Notes: generated from the sequence alone by a model not told the origin. Shown: positions 32,499 through 43,998, counted from the first letter of the stretch. The stretch is DNA of 64,000 nt from an uncultured cyanobacterium (GCA_963803805.1 CAWDOD010000010.1:32001-96000), one strand, 5' to 3'. A program made the numbers and translations.

Positions 32499-34076
32499 AT
32501 GTCCTCTGCATCCTTTGGCCCCTATAAAAGCCGATTATTCAATTTCATTAATCGGCAATCTTTACGTTGGGGCGATCGCATTGGGCGTGGTTTACGTAAC
32601 CTTCAGGTGGCAGCGACTTGGGGAGGACAGATTTTACTTTACCCTATTTACCTCTTGGTGCAAAGCACAAGGGCAGCAGGACACAAATTTAGCCAAGCTG
32701 TTCAGGAAGCAGAATTACCTCAACCGGAAACTACCGCACAAAATATAACTCCTTCGACACCAATTCTCAACTTACTGCAAGAAATTAAGCCTCTTTTAAA
32801 TTCGTCCGGTAAAATTGTTAGGCAATCTCCTCAAACTATAGAAAAAAAACAAACAACTCTTACTAAAACTAAAATAACCATTCAAGGGGTAGCAACTCTA
32901 TTAGGCGATCGCAACCTAGTATTGGTTAGTAATAGTAATGAAATAATAGATATCCTCACCCCCCAGCAGCAACAAAAACTTCAGCAGCGCATCGCTTGGG
33001 AAATTGCTAACTATCGCCGCCATCTAAGGTTATTACAAAGTGCCAGCCAAAAAGGATATGCACCAATTCAACCGAGGGAAAAACCTCAAATTTTTGCCCC
33101 AATCAGGTTATTTTGGCATCTAATGCACTGGGTACAAATCAGCCCTGTAGCAACAGCAATTAACCTTTTTCAAGAAGCTGTTTTTGTGAAGCACGCCGTG
33201 CCTTCCTTAACTCCTGCCTCCTCCCTAGCTAATCTTTTTAGCCAAATTATACTACCTCCAGAAAGCTTAATTAATCTCGACCTTGTTGTCGCTAATATAG
33301 AAAGTAACGGGTTAGTTCCGGTGGCAAAAGTAGTTTCTGGGATAACAGAAAGTTGGGGAGGAAAATTACAGAATTTTAAAGCGGGCTTAACTAATTACTC
33401 TCCAAACTCTCAGAAAGAATTGGGGCAAATCAAAGCCTTAATTATGGCAGCGATACAATACTTCTTTAGGGGGAAAACTTCTGCTCAAAAACTGCCAGAG
33501 CCATCTATTTCCAGCAAGCAATTACCAAAAAAATCCTTCTTTTCCTTACCCACAAAACTTAAGAATCTTTGGCAGCGACAATTGAATTTTTGGCAACAAA
33601 GTGCCTTAGTTAAATTCTCTCCTTTCCAACCTACTACTCAAGAAAAAATACAGTTAGAACCAGATCCTTGGTTAAGCTGGAGTGATTTGTATGGTAACAC
33701 TTTAGATGCAGAAATCACTGAAGATGAACCTCTAGTTTCCCCACCTCGATTAACAGGTTGGGATCGCCAACCTCGAACTACAAAAAATTCTCTCTTAACT
33801 TCGGTAAAAAAACATCTTTCTTCTAAGGATGCAGACTTAGCTAAACCGAAACCAACAACCCAAACCATCACCACTTTCACCCCGGCGATCGCTACAGTAA
33901 CTGCAAATCAAGAACAGCTAGATCCAGCTTTTGATTGGATAGAAACCGAAGGAGTTCATCTTGGCTATGTCAAACATCCTTTAGAAGTGATCCTCTGTTT
34001 CCTTGATCAAGCTATAGCTTGGTTAGAGGAGATGGTAATCAAGATTTGGCAATGGCTTTTTCAGGGGAATTCCTGA
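32499..34076 (+). CDS. conserved cyanobacterial hypothetical protein
   Basis: GPYKSRLFNF...DPWLSWSDLYG...GYVKHPLE; long ORF with HIP1 sites. Confidence 0.7.
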   Translation: MSSASFGPYKSRLFNFINRQSLRWGDRIGRGLRNLQVAATWGGQILLYPIYLLVQSTRAAGHKFSQAVQEAELPQPETTAQNITPSTPILNLLQEIKPLLNSSGKIVRQSPQTIEKKQTTLTKTKITIQGVATLLGDRNLVLVSNSNEIIDILTPQQQQKLQQRIAWEIANYRRHLRLLQSASQKGYAPIQPREKPQIFAPIRLFWHLMHWVQISPVATAINLFQEAVFVKHAVPSLTPASSLANLFSQIILPPESLINLDLVVANIESNGLVPVAKVVSGITESWGGKLQNFKAGLTNYSPNSQKELGQIKALIMAAIQYFFRGKTSAQKLPEPSISSKQLPKKSFFSLPTKLKNLWQRQLNFWQQSALVKFSPFQPTTQEKIQLEPDPWLSWSDLYGNTLDAEITEDEPLVSPPRLTGWDRQPRTTKNSLLTSVKKHLSSKDADLAKPKPTTQTITTFTPAIATVTANQEQLDPAFDWIETEGVHLGYVKHPLEVILCFLDQAIAWLEEMVIKIWQWLFQGNS

Positions 34077-34174
34077 AATTTTACTTAGGGGTCAAAAAAA
34101 ATCCTAGTTTGCATAGTTTTTCAAACTTAGAAACGAAACATCTATAGTCAACAACGCTAACAAGAAGTTTTTGT

Positions 34175-35014
34175 ATGAAAAATATCAGTAGTTTGTCCGG
34201 CATCGTCATTGCTTCTTTTCTAAGCACTTCCCCTAGTGCAGTTGCTGCGGATTTGAGTATTGGTACATTTTTAGAACCGATCGCGGATATTCAGTCTCAG
34301 ATGGTATCAGGTTTCAAAACTTCTGGAGACTTTGGTTGGAATTACCAATATGACTGGCAATTTATTGATCAAATGATGAAAATCAGTTTGGATATTGACC
34401 TTGTTGGCGATGATCCAGGGGATTTAGTTAGCGTCTGGGAAGCAGGTATTGAAAATATCTGGAGCAATAAATATGACATTATAGATGGTAACTTCACTTA
34501 CCCTCTCCTATTTGACGTAAATTTTGTTGATAGCAATGCTGATCAAGTTGTGACAATTCATGCTGGGGCTGGTCACACCAACATGACAAACTGGTTTCTC
34601 GATGAATCAGCAGGCTGGGGAAACGAATACCACGATGAGATTGCAGCCCATGAATTTGGGCATATGTTGGGATTATATGATGAGTACGAAGGTGGTGCTG
34701 TCAACCCAGATATTGACCAGAATATTTTTACAGACAGCCTCATGGCAGATCTAAAACCTACTCAACCGCGTCACTATGCGGATATCTTGCAACTTCTTAT
34801 CAATGAAACTAGTAGGGACTTGTCCCTTGCTGTGGCAAGTTTACCCGTACCTTCTATTATAGATGAGCCTATTCCAGTCACCGATTTTGGTCACACTGAA
34901 GCCCCTCTAGCAGAAACCGTACCTGAACCCAATATCACTCTAGCTTTAGGGTTACTCAGTTTGCTTATGTTTAGCCTTAGCCGCAAAAAAAAGAGTAAGG
35001 GTGTTAATTTTTAA
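34175..35014 (+). CDS. PEP-CTERM surface protein with zinc-metallopeptidase motif
   Basis: Signal peptide, AAHEFGHMLGLYDEY (HEXXH), VPEP + TM + RKKK. Confidence 0.8.
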   Translation: MKNISSLSGIVIASFLSTSPSAVAADLSIGTFLEPIADIQSQMVSGFKTSGDFGWNYQYDWQFIDQMMKISLDIDLVGDDPGDLVSVWEAGIENIWSNKYDIIDGNFTYPLLFDVNFVDSNADQVVTIHAGAGHTNMTNWFLDESAGWGNEYHDEIAAHEFGHMLGLYDEYEGGAVNPDIDQNIFTDSLMADLKPTQPRHYADILQLLINETSRDLSLAVASLPVPSIIDEPIPVTDFGHTEAPLAETVPEPNITLALGLLSLLMFSLSRKKKSKGVNF

Positions 35015-35021
35015 TTTTTAA

Positions 35022-35951
35022 TTAACGCTGCTCCCTACCCTCACAAAAACCTCTGGTACTTGGTATAACCAACTCCTGCCAAGCCAACTTAGCTGCCCCT
35101 GCCATCCCTGCATCATTCCCTAACTCTGCCCTAACAAGTTGCAAATCCCCACGGGAACTAGCCATAACTCGCCGTTCAATCTCTTCTAAAGCCGCAGGAA
35201 AGAAAAACTCGGCACTAGCACTCACACCACCGCCAATTACTACAGCTTCTGGGGTTAAAATGTAAATGGAACTGGTTAAACCTGCTCCTAAAAGCTTGCC
35301 ATAGTTGCGCCAAAAAGCCAACGCTTCTGTATTTCCTGCTTTCGCCCTTGCCCCCAACACCGCAGGTTCTTGCCCCATTTGTCGTCGAATTGCAGCCACA
35401 GAAACATATTGTTCTAAAGAACCATTGTTACCACTATTGCAAGGTGGGCCATCAGGATTTAAAGTAATTAGACCTAACTCCCCTGCTGTACCTAATCGCC
35501 CCGTAAACAGCTTACCATCCAAAACCACCGCACCACCTACCCCCGTACCCAAGGTTAAGAGGATGAGGTTTTTAAATTTTTTACCCGCCCCTAACCAAGC
35601 TTCCCCTAACCCTGCACAGTTAGCATCATTAGCGAGAATTGCTGGTAAACCAGTTTTTTCTTTTAACCAATATCCTAAAGGAATATCCCGCCAACCTACC
35701 AAGTTAATAGCTATCTTAGCAACTTTCCCCCCTGCATCCGCAGGGCCAGGAGTACCAACACCAATGGCCACAGCTTGCTGATTAACATTAAGTTCCTGTA
35801 TTGCAGCCACCATAGCTTCTAACACGGCTTCCGGAGTAGAGGGTTGGGGAGTAGGAATATTTAAAGATTGCAAGCAAATCCCATCTTCTTGAAACCGCCC
35901 TAATTTAATAGCGGTTCCCCCTAAGTCAATACCAATAACTTCTTTTTGCAC
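35022..35951 (-). CDS. ROK-family sugar kinase (glucokinase)
   Basis: GIDLGGT, NDANCAGLGE, LGTGVGG, CNSGNNGSLE. Confidence 0.92.
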   Translation of the reverse strand: MQKEVIGIDLGGTAIKLGRFQEDGICLQSLNIPTPQPSTPEAVLEAMVAAIQELNVNQQAVAIGVGTPGPADAGGKVAKIAINLVGWRDIPLGYWLKEKTGLPAILANDANCAGLGEAWLGAGKKFKNLILLTLGTGVGGAVVLDGKLFTGRLGTAGELGLITLNPDGPPCNSGNNGSLEQYVSVAAIRRQMGQEPAVLGARAKAGNTEALAFWRNYGKLLGAGLTSSIYILTPEAVVIGGGVSASAEFFFPAALEEIERRVMASSRGDLQLVRAELGNDAGMAGAAKLAWQELVIPSTRGFCEGREQR

Positions 35952-36091
35952 AACGAATTCCTAAACTAGCTTAATATCTAGTAAAGCTTGCGATCGCAGG
36001 TTATGGCCAAAACCTCCAATAAATTAAACGCTAAAGTATAAAAAAACTGACAGTATAGAACTCAGGTAAGATGAAATCGAATTAATGATTA

Positions 36092-37720
36092 GTGAAGGGG
36101 ATGCACAAAAAATACTTTGCCTTAGCAGTGGCGATCGCCGCAACAATCATTTTAATGGAGGGGATAATTTCCCCTGTTCAGTCTCAGTTACCCAGGTTAG
36201 AGGAACTGAATCTGATTCCTCACCAAATATTTAAACCTGATATAGAAGATCCTATAATCCCTGCTTGCATTCGCCTTGATGGTAGCTGTTTATTTAAGGT
36301 TGCAGCCCCGAAATCAGAAATAGGAGAACGGGTTGCTGATATTGAACAGAGGTTGCGGGATGTTCGCCAAATCTATTTAAGTACCGAAGAAACTAACTTA
36401 GAAATTCGCCCTGTAGAAGCGGGAAAGTTAGAGGATATCTATGCTTTAGGGGAGGAAGATGAGGATATTCGCCTGCTGACAATTACTATTCCTGATGCAG
36501 AAATCCAGGGAGTTGATGTGGCAACTAGGTCAAAGCAGGTAGTTGAGGATCTTGAATTAGGTTTAAAAGAAGCCCAACGAGAAAGGGAAAGAAGCTATTT
36601 AACTCGCCAAGGGAGCATTGCTGGGGGCATCTTTTTTGTCATGATTACCCTTAGCTGGTTGATCTCCCGTTGGCAAAGCTACTTAAAACGTTCTAAAGAC
36701 AAGCTTAAATCTTCTGCCCAAACCCAAGGGCAACCAATTTCAACTCAACTTACCAATAAACAGGAGTGGAACTTTAAAGAAATTCAAGTACGCCTTTTGG
36801 AGTTAGGGGAGTTTTTTTTGTTGGGGGGAGGGGCATTATACATTTTGGGTTTGTTCCCCTACACTCGAACAATCCAAGTTGCCCTCCTCGCAGCTTTGAA
36901 AATCCCTTTCCGCATTGGTTTAGTGATTTTAGGTACTTACTTAACCATTCGCCTTGTTTACGTCTTGATTGGTAAATTTGCTACGGCGATCGCCGAAAAT
37001 TCTTTATTAGTCCCGGAATCTACTTCTCGTTTACAACTGAGAATCTCCACCATTTCTCGTGTAACCAAAGGTATCGCCACCATTGCCTGTCTTGGTGCGG
37101 GGGTAATCGTCGCCTTAGCTTGGTTAGGGGTGGATATCGCACCATTATTAGCGGGGGCTGGCATTATTGGTGTTGCCCTTTCCTTCGCTTCCCAAAACCT
37201 GATTAAAGATGCCCTCAATGGCTTTTTTATTATCCTCGAAGATCAATTTGCTGTGGGAGATGTAATCACAGTCGGAGATGTGGGGGGATTAGTGGAAAAT
37301 ATGAACCTGCGTATCACTCAATTGCGGGATGCTGAAGGTAGATTAATTACTGTTCCCAATAGTGAAATTAAAATCGTTGCCAATCACTCTAATGGTTGGT
37401 CTAGGGCTGATGTTAGCCTGCCCATTTCCTATCGTACCGACGTTGATAAAGCCATTGCCATAGTTAACAAAGTAGCCCAAGACATGGATGCAGACGAAGT
37501 TTGGCAAGAACAGATTTTAGAACCCCCCCAAGTTTTAGGAATTGATGGTTTTGGCGATCGCGGGGTAATTCTTCGCATTTGGTTGAAAACTCAAACCCTA
37601 AAACAATGGGATGTTGCCAGAGAATATCGCCGTCGCTTAAAAATAGCCCTTGACAAAGCTGGTATTTCTATTCCTGTACCTCAACAAGAGATTCTTTTAA
37701 CTGGCTTGTCCGATGATTGA
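36092..37720 (+). CDS. MscS-family mechanosensitive channel
   Basis: AGAGIIGVALSFASQNLIKD..NGFFIILEDQFAVGD. Confidence 0.92.
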   Translation: MKGMHKKYFALAVAIAATIILMEGIISPVQSQLPRLEELNLIPHQIFKPDIEDPIIPACIRLDGSCLFKVAAPKSEIGERVADIEQRLRDVRQIYLSTEETNLEIRPVEAGKLEDIYALGEEDEDIRLLTITIPDAEIQGVDVATRSKQVVEDLELGLKEAQRERERSYLTRQGSIAGGIFFVMITLSWLISRWQSYLKRSKDKLKSSAQTQGQPISTQLTNKQEWNFKEIQVRLLELGEFFLLGGGALYILGLFPYTRTIQVALLAALKIPFRIGLVILGTYLTIRLVYVLIGKFATAIAENSLLVPESTSRLQLRISTISRVTKGIATIACLGAGVIVALAWLGVDIAPLLAGAGIIGVALSFASQNLIKDALNGFFIILEDQFAVGDVITVGDVGGLVENMNLRITQLRDAEGRLITVPNSEIKIVANHSNGWSRADVSLPISYRTDVDKAIAIVNKVAQDMDADEVWQEQILEPPQVLGIDGFGDRGVILRIWLKTQTLKQWDVAREYRRRLKIALDKAGISIPVPQQEILLTGLSDD

Positions 37721-37794
37721 GGATTTTATCCCCTCAATACCTGGCAACATCATTTCATTATTATCCAAACTCCAATGTAGTTGGATTGATAGGA

Positions 37795-37866
37795 ATCGGT
37801 GCGTTACGGCAGAATTGAAATTATGATTTAACCCCATTCTAATGATAACCGCCTAACGAACCCTAC
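37795..37866. repeat. REP/MITE-like imperfect inverted repeat between convergent genes
   Basis: GGTGCGTTACGGC ... GCCTAACGAACCCTAC arms. Confidence 0.45.
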
Positions 37867-37974
37867 TAGACTGACCCACCTAAAATATTGCTTTAGAAAA
37901 ACAGCATAACTCTTCTTGTTCATGTTTCTAAACAACAATCTATTGTACTGCTTGGGTCAGTCTACTACTTAAGG

Positions 37975-39375
37975 TTAGGGCTTATTTCCTGGAGTACGTC
38001 CTCCTTCGTCATTACTACCTCCACGAGGACTGGAATTACCTGGATCACAGCCTTCTGAACCATTACCTATACCTTGGTTGCAGTTAGGTTTCTTGGATTT
38101 TTGATCGTCGTCGTCATCCATATCTATCTCATCATCATCATCCATGCCCATATCATCATCCATATCCATATCGCCACAGTTATTGCAGGGCTTCACAGTA
38201 CCCCCTTCATCAACAACAATGACATAAGGAGAGGAAATGAGACTATATTCTTCAGTTTTGGTACTAACCAATGCCTGGTAGAGTAAAGCACAAACTTCAG
38301 CCCTGGTAGCTACTTGGTTAAGGTTGAGAACATTAACATTAGGGTAGTTGACAATCAAGCCATTCACCGTTGCAGCAGCGATCGCACTACGATATTGCGT
38401 AGGAATGGTATTGGCATCGCTGTAGAAAGAGAGGATGGTTTCAGTAGCTTGGTTATAAGAATAACCCAAGCCTTGAGTTAAAGCCACCAAAATATCCAAG
38501 CGAGTCATTTGTTGGTTTGGGTTAAATTGATTGCCAGAAGCACTCATAAAGCCCATTTCATAAGCTTCTGTAATAGCGCTATAACCCCAAAAGCTCTGAG
38601 AAAGATCCCTGAAACTACTAAATTTCTTGACTTTGTTCTTTTTAAAGGCTTTATTAACCATAGCTGCAAACTGAGCGCGAGTGACAGCTTGCTGTGGCTT
38701 GAATTTCCCATCAGGGAAGCCTTTAACAATGCCTTTGCTAGCTAAGCGAGCAATAAACTGCTGTGACCAATAGCTAGAAGAAACATCAGTAAAACTAGTT
38801 TGAACTCCCTGACTAACTTGGGTTGTCTGGCTACTTCTAGTTGTCCTTGTTTCGATGACTGTTTCTGTCGTGTTACGTCGAGTTCCGACATTCGTGACAT
38901 TGCTTTCGGCTACAGATTGAGTAGTTACTTGATCAAACCTAACCCCAGAACCTGTTTTATCGGTACGATAGATATAAACATTCTCCTCTTCATCAGCTAA
39001 TACCACCAACCAACCGGGGGTTATAGCTTGGAGGCAGCTTTCTGCTGGGCCTCCTAAACCAAGACAACTATCCGACCATTCTTGTTGCAGGGCTTGCACA
39101 ACCTTCAACTGAGAACTATCAACCCCTAATTTTTGTGCTGCAGCATCTACAACAGCTTTGTTAATTATATCTGGTAAATCTACCATCATTTCATGGCTAT
39201 GTTCACCTTCACCAGTTTTGTGGGCTAGTTCAGTGCTACTGTTACTTTCTTGCTGTTTCCCTTGTAAAGATAAATCCGTAGCATTAATGGGTAGAGAAGT
39301 TGCAGTCGTGCTAAAAGTTCCTACGACTACTGCCATTATTGCTTTGCCTAAAATAGCCTTATGTTTTTGTCCCAA
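37975..39375 (-). CDS. SLH-domain exported protein with acidic Met/Asp-rich tail
   Basis: WSDSCLGL..ESCLQAITPGW domain, three SLH repeats, DMDMDDDMGMDDDD tract. Confidence 0.8.
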   Translation of the reverse strand: MGQKHKAILGKAIMAVVVGTFSTTATSLPINATDLSLQGKQQESNSSTELAHKTGEGEHSHEMMVDLPDIINKAVVDAAAQKLGVDSSQLKVVQALQQEWSDSCLGLGGPAESCLQAITPGWLVVLADEEENVYIYRTDKTGSGVRFDQVTTQSVAESNVTNVGTRRNTTETVIETRTTRSSQTTQVSQGVQTSFTDVSSSYWSQQFIARLASKGIVKGFPDGKFKPQQAVTRAQFAAMVNKAFKKNKVKKFSSFRDLSQSFWGYSAITEAYEMGFMSASGNQFNPNQQMTRLDILVALTQGLGYSYNQATETILSFYSDANTIPTQYRSAIAAATVNGLIVNYPNVNVLNLNQVATRAEVCALLYQALVSTKTEEYSLISSPYVIVVDEGGTVKPCNNCGDMDMDDDMGMDDDDEIDMDDDDDQKSKKPNCNQGIGNGSEGCDPGNSSPRGGSNDEGGRTPGNKP

Positions 39376-39543
39376 TTGTCACACCTAAAAAAACCTTGAA
39401 CCCTAGCAAAGACGTTCCCAGTTTGATGGTGTTCCTGGAATCCTATTTGCTCAGATTAAGATAAGGAAAAATTACCCTGACTGGTTAAACGGGAGCCTTC
39501 TTTTTATATTAAAATAAATTTAATTAACAAAACTTTACTACAT

Positions 39544-40440
39544 TTGGCTGTGACAGCAGAGCAACTTCTTAAATACGACTACTTAGAACAACTAAATTGG
39601 CACTGGCAAGGTCATAAAATAACTTACACTGTCCAGGGGGCAGGAAAGCCCTTGCTGTTAATTCATGGCTTCGGTGCTTCATTGGGGCATTGGCGTAAAA
39701 ATATCCCTGTCCTAGCCGCCGCAGGCTATCAAGTATTTGCTCTTGATTTGCTAGGATTTGGTGGTTCTGCTAAACCAGCTTTAAACTACACTGTAGAGTT
39801 GTGGCAGCAGCAGATTAAAGACTTTTGGCAAGCCCATATTCAGGAACCGACGGTATTTGTTGGTAACTCTATTGGTGGCTTGCTAGCTTTGATGACTTTA
39901 GCAGAAACACCTGAAATTGCGGCTGGGGGCATTTTAATTAATTGTGCTGGTGGGTTAAACCACCGCCCCAGTGAACTCAATCCTGTTTTAGGCTTAGTTA
40001 TGGGAAGCTTTACTAAACTAGTTGCTTCTCCTCGGCTTGGGCCTTTCATTTTCAACCGTATTCGCCAGAAACAACGTATCCGCAATACTCTTTACAAAGT
40101 TTATCGAGATAGAAAAGCGGTTACTGATGAATTAGTTGATCTGCTTTACAATCCTTCTTGCGACGAAGGGGCGCAACAGGTGTTTGCTTCAGTATTAACA
40201 GCCCCTCCAGGACCAACACCTCAAGAGTTGCTACCGAAGGTTACAAGTCCTCTGCTGATTCTTTGGGGGGAAGCAGATCCCTGGACACCGATTGCTGGGG
40301 CAAGGATTTATCAACAATTAAGTGATAATAAAGATCAGGTAGAATTTCAGTCTATACCTAATGCGGGTCATTGTCCCCATGATGAAAACCCCAAGCAAGT
40401 TAATGAGTTGATTTTAAACTGGCTGTGCAATGATCAATAA
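39544..40440 (+). CDS. alpha/beta hydrolase
   Basis: LLIHGFGAS, GNSIGG, GHCPHDE. Confidence 0.9.
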   Translation: MAVTAEQLLKYDYLEQLNWHWQGHKITYTVQGAGKPLLLIHGFGASLGHWRKNIPVLAAAGYQVFALDLLGFGGSAKPALNYTVELWQQQIKDFWQAHIQEPTVFVGNSIGGLLALMTLAETPEIAAGGILINCAGGLNHRPSELNPVLGLVMGSFTKLVASPRLGPFIFNRIRQKQRIRNTLYKVYRDRKAVTDELVDLLYNPSCDEGAQQVFASVLTAPPGPTPQELLPKVTSPLLILWGEADPWTPIAGARIYQQLSDNKDQVEFQSIPNAGHCPHDENPKQVNELILNWLCNDQ

Positions 40441-40455
40441 GGATAGACCCTACAT

Positions 40456-40484
40456 TGTACGGCTTGTTGTTGCCGTTAGGCATC
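40456..40484. repeat. dispersed short intergenic repeat, copy 2
   Basis: TGTACGGCTTGTTGTTGCCGTTAGGCATC, matches 25447-25475. Confidence 0.75.
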
Positions 40485-40490
40485 TAATTA

Positions 40491-40670
40491 TCAATTATCA
40501 ATTTCTCTCTCCCTCTCTCCCCAGATAAGAACCTGAAAGATGGAGACAATACCCCAAATAATTGCGCCAATTAACATAATAAACATTAAAGGAGCAAGAC
40601 CAGCAAAAGGGGCCAGAATTAATAATAACAAAAGTCCGATGATAATTAGTTTGGTTAGTAAGTTCTTCAT
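40491..40670 (-). CDS. small membrane protein, 59 aa (not in ORF track)
   Basis: MKNLLTKLIIIGLLLLLILAPFAGLAPLMFIMLIGAIIWGIVSIFQVLIWGEREREIDN; hydrophobic hairpin. Confidence 0.6.
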   Translation of the reverse strand: MKNLLTKLIIIGLLLLLILAPFAGLAPLMFIMLIGAIIWGIVSIFQVLIWGEREREIDN

Positions 40671-40709
40671 AGTATTAAGTAAATAAGTATCTTAAATTAA
40701 ATTAACTAA

Positions 40710-42305
40710 ATGGCGATCGCGATTGATTTTGGTACTAGTAATACGGTTATTGCCCGTTGGAATGAGGCAACTCAGGAAGCAGAAATTTTGAGCTTGCCGG
40801 AGATATCTCAGCAATTGGTCAATAATCCGCCTTTAATTCCTAGTTTAGTTTATGTAGAAAATGCTAGCCAGGAACAAGTGATTGTTGGACAACAGGTGCG
40901 GGATCGCGGTTTGGATTTGCTCAACAATTCCCGCTTTTTTCGTAGTTTTAAGCGGGGTATTGGTACGAAGGTGCAAGGTTTTCTGCCAGAGTTGGATGGG
41001 GAAGCGGTTACTTTTGAAGAGATTGGTAAGTTATTTCTTACTCAGTTAATCGTTAACCTTGACCAAGAGGACAAACCAGAATCATTAGTTTTAACTGTTC
41101 CGGTTGATAGTTTTGAAGCCTACCGTCATTGGTTAGGAAATATTTGTCAATCTTTGGGTGTTGAACAGGTGCAAATGTTGGATGAACCAACAGCCGCAGC
41201 TTTGGGGTACGGAACAGCAGAAGAGAATTTGTTGTTGGTGATAGATTTTGGTGGGGGAACCATAGATTTATCTTTGGTACAACTGGATTTAAAACCGGGG
41301 CAAAGTCCTGCTTCTAGGGGGTTTATCCTTAAATGGGGTGCAAATTTGTTTGGGGAGAGTTCGGGGCAAAGACCAAAAACAGCCCGTGTCTTGGCTAAGG
41401 CAGGTCAAAATCTGGGGGGTTGCGATCTCGACAACTGGTTGGTAGATTATTTTGTACAGGAACAGGGCTTAAGCAAGTCTCCTTTAACAACTCGTTTAGC
41501 AGAACGTTTGAAGATTAAACTTTCTTCTCAAACTGAGGCGAGTGAAGTTTATTTTAATGACGAAACCTTAGAAAGTTATGAGTTAGCTTTGGATCGGGAG
41601 CAATTTGAAACTATCCTCAAAGAAAGAGGCTTTTTCCAACAATTAGACGAACTCATGACTCAGGTTTTGCAACAGGGAAAGCGAGAAGGAATTACCTCTG
41701 CTGATTTTGATACTGTGCTTTTAGTGGGAGGAACAACCCAAATCCCGGCGGTACAAACCTGGTTACAAAAGTACTTTGAACCAGAAAAAATCAAAGGGGA
41801 TCACCCCTTCACTGCCATAGCTGCGGGGGCTTTGCAAGTAGTTGAGGGGATTGAAGTTAAGGATTTTCTTTATCACAGTTACGGCATTCGCTACTGGAAT
41901 CGTAAAGAAAATCGCCATAGCTGGCATACCTTAGTAAAATCAGGGCAGCCTTATCCCATGAACAAAGCCATAGAACTTGTTTTAAGTGCTTCTGTTGCTA
42001 ATCAACCTAGCATTGAATTAATTATCGGGGAATTGGGGGCAGACACGGGAGGAACGGAGGTTTATTTTGATGGCGATCGCTTAGTTACTCGTAGCATTGA
42101 GACAGGAGAAACTACCGTTCAACCTCTTAACGATCAAGAAGGGGCAAGGACGGTTGCTAAATTAGAACCTTTAGGAAATCCTGGCAGCGATCGCGTTAGG
42201 TTACAGTTCTATGTAGATAAAGAAAGGTTTTTGCGCCTCACCGTAGAAGATTTACTTACTAACGAAACTCTATTAATAGATCAGGCTGTTGTGCAGTTAA
42301 GTTAG
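40710..42305 (+). CDS. Hsp70-family protein (DnaK-like, non-canonical)
   Basis: IAIDFGTSNT, DEPTAAALGY, IDFGGGT, LVGGTTQIP. Confidence 0.9.
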   Translation: MAIAIDFGTSNTVIARWNEATQEAEILSLPEISQQLVNNPPLIPSLVYVENASQEQVIVGQQVRDRGLDLLNNSRFFRSFKRGIGTKVQGFLPELDGEAVTFEEIGKLFLTQLIVNLDQEDKPESLVLTVPVDSFEAYRHWLGNICQSLGVEQVQMLDEPTAAALGYGTAEENLLLVIDFGGGTIDLSLVQLDLKPGQSPASRGFILKWGANLFGESSGQRPKTARVLAKAGQNLGGCDLDNWLVDYFVQEQGLSKSPLTTRLAERLKIKLSSQTEASEVYFNDETLESYELALDREQFETILKERGFFQQLDELMTQVLQQGKREGITSADFDTVLLVGGTTQIPAVQTWLQKYFEPEKIKGDHPFTAIAAGALQVVEGIEVKDFLYHSYGIRYWNRKENRHSWHTLVKSGQPYPMNKAIELVLSASVANQPSIELIIGELGADTGGTEVYFDGDRLVTRSIETGETTVQPLNDQEGARTVAKLEPLGNPGSDRVRLQFYVDKERFLRLTVEDLLTNETLLIDQAVVQLS

Positions 42306-42423
42306 CAGTTTTCAATGATTCAGTTTTAACAAACAAGCTAACACTTTAGAGGGATTTTTTCATGTTTCTTCGGAACTGTTTATGCTTCGGCTTTTGTAGA
42401 GGATAATCTGCGATCGCCAAGCT

Positions 42424-43998
42424 TTAAGTATTTTTCTGTTTACAAGGAATCTCTACAATAAACTCTGTCCCTTCTCCCACAGAGGAAACACATTTTAAAA
42501 AGCCGCTATGCCTTTCAGTAACTACCTGAAAACTAATAGACATAGCTAAACCTGTTCCTTTGCCTACAGGTTTGGTGGTAAAGAAAGGATCGAAAACTTT
42601 TTGCTGTACTTCCAGTGGCATTCCTGTCCCATTATCAACAATACGAATAACAACTCGATCTGGTTCACCATTCTGGTCAAGAATCCCTCTAGTATAAATC
42701 TGAATGGTCGGGACTTTTTCCTTCATTTCTCCTTGATCTATCGCTTTTTCTAAAGCATCAATAGCATTATTAAGAATATTCATAAAAACTTGGTTAAGCT
42801 GTCCGGCGTAGCACTCCACCAAAGGCAAATTATCATATTCTTTAATAACTTGAATCACAGGATACCCAGCTTGAACCTTAAAACGATTTTGCAAAATCAT
42901 TAAGGTACTATCAAGACCAGAATGAATATCTACTTGCTTGAGATTAGATTCGTCAAGACGAGAAAAGTTACGTAAAGAAAGAATAATATCTCGAATGCGA
43001 GTAGCTCCCATGTGCATAGATTGTAAGAGCTTAGATAGATCTTCTTCAATAAAACTCAAATCAATTTCTTCTATTTTTGAGTCAATTTTTTCATTATATT
43101 GAGGATATTCTTTTTGGTATAAATGAAGGAGTGCTAATATATCTTTAGTATACTCACTAGCATAAATAAGATTACCAAAAATAAAGTTAACTGGATTATT
43201 AATTTCGTGGGCAATCCCAGCAACTAACTGCCCTAAACTAGACATTTTCTCAGTTTGAATTAAATGAGATTGAGCATTACTTAGTTTACTAATTGTTTCC
43301 TGCAATTCATGGGCTTTACTATCAACCTGTTTATAAAGCTGACACTGTTTAATCGCAATAGAAGCTTGACTAACCAAATTTGCTAAACCGAGAATAAAAT
43401 CCCCTTCTGGCTCTACACGGGAATGGTATTGAGCATTATTAATAGTATTTCCTACTAACAATAATATTTTGGGTTGCCGTTGTTCTATACCTAAAGGAAA
43501 AAGAACGTATTCTTCCATACCGAAAGTAGAACAAAGTTTCTGTAAATTAGGACTATGATAATAGTCTGGAGCGCACATTAAATATTCAGCAAGGGAAAAT
43601 AAAGAGAAGATACCGGATTTTCCTAAATCAAACTGGGATTTTTCGATCTGTTGTGCTTCTTGCTCTTCATAATAACCATCCCAGATTATGGGAGTAAAAC
43701 AATCTTGCTTCTGAGCGTAACTAAGAATCAAACAGCGCTCAAAGTTAAGCTCATAAAGAACGAAATGAGGAATTAGACTAAGAATTTCTTCAATATCAAA
43801 GGTATTATTAAACTGTTTGCCAATTTCATAAAGTTCTCTATAGATACTAATCTGGCTATCTAATTTGTTTCGAGAAGCATGAAGTTCGCTTTCAGTTTTA
43901 ACTAATTGCTTAACTTGGGCAGATAAACGCTGATTTTGTTCGCTTAACTGCTGCAAGTTATTTTCTAGCTGGATTGACTGTCTACTTGAATCTTGCAT
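42424..43998 (-). CDS. sensor histidine kinase (GAF-like + HisKA + HATPase)
   Basis: [33 protein letters not shown]. Confidence 0.92.
   Translation of the reverse strand: MQDSSRQSIQLENNLQQLSEQNQRLSAQVKQLVKTESELHASRNKLDSQISIYRELYEIGKQFNNTFDIEEILSLIPHFVLYELNFERCLILSYAQKQDCFTPIIWDGYYEEQEAQQIEKSQFDLGKSGIFSLFSLAEYLMCAPDYYHSPNLQKLCSTFGMEEYVLFPLGIEQRQPKILLLVGNTINNAQYHSRVEPEGDFILGLANLVSQASIAIKQCQLYKQVDSKAHELQETISKLSNAQSHLIQTEKMSSLGQLVAGIAHEINNPVNFIFGNLIYASEYTKDILALLHLYQKEYPQYNEKIDSKIEEIDLSFIEEDLSKLLQSMHMGATRIRDIILSLRNFSRLDESNLKQVDIHSGLDSTLMILQNRFKVQAGYPVIQVIKEYDNLPLVECYAGQLNQVFMNILNNAIDALEKAIDQGEMKEKVPTIQIYTRGILDQNGEPDRVVIRIVDNGTGMPLEVQQKVFDPFFTTKPVGKGTGLAMSISFQVVTERHSGFLKCVSSVGEGTEFIVEIPCKQKNT

Noticed and set aside
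35305-35781. Antisense or nested ORFs in the track (this one and similar ones inside gdhA-region, acr3, mscS, secA and WD40 genes)
   Set aside because: Shadow frames of well-supported genes.
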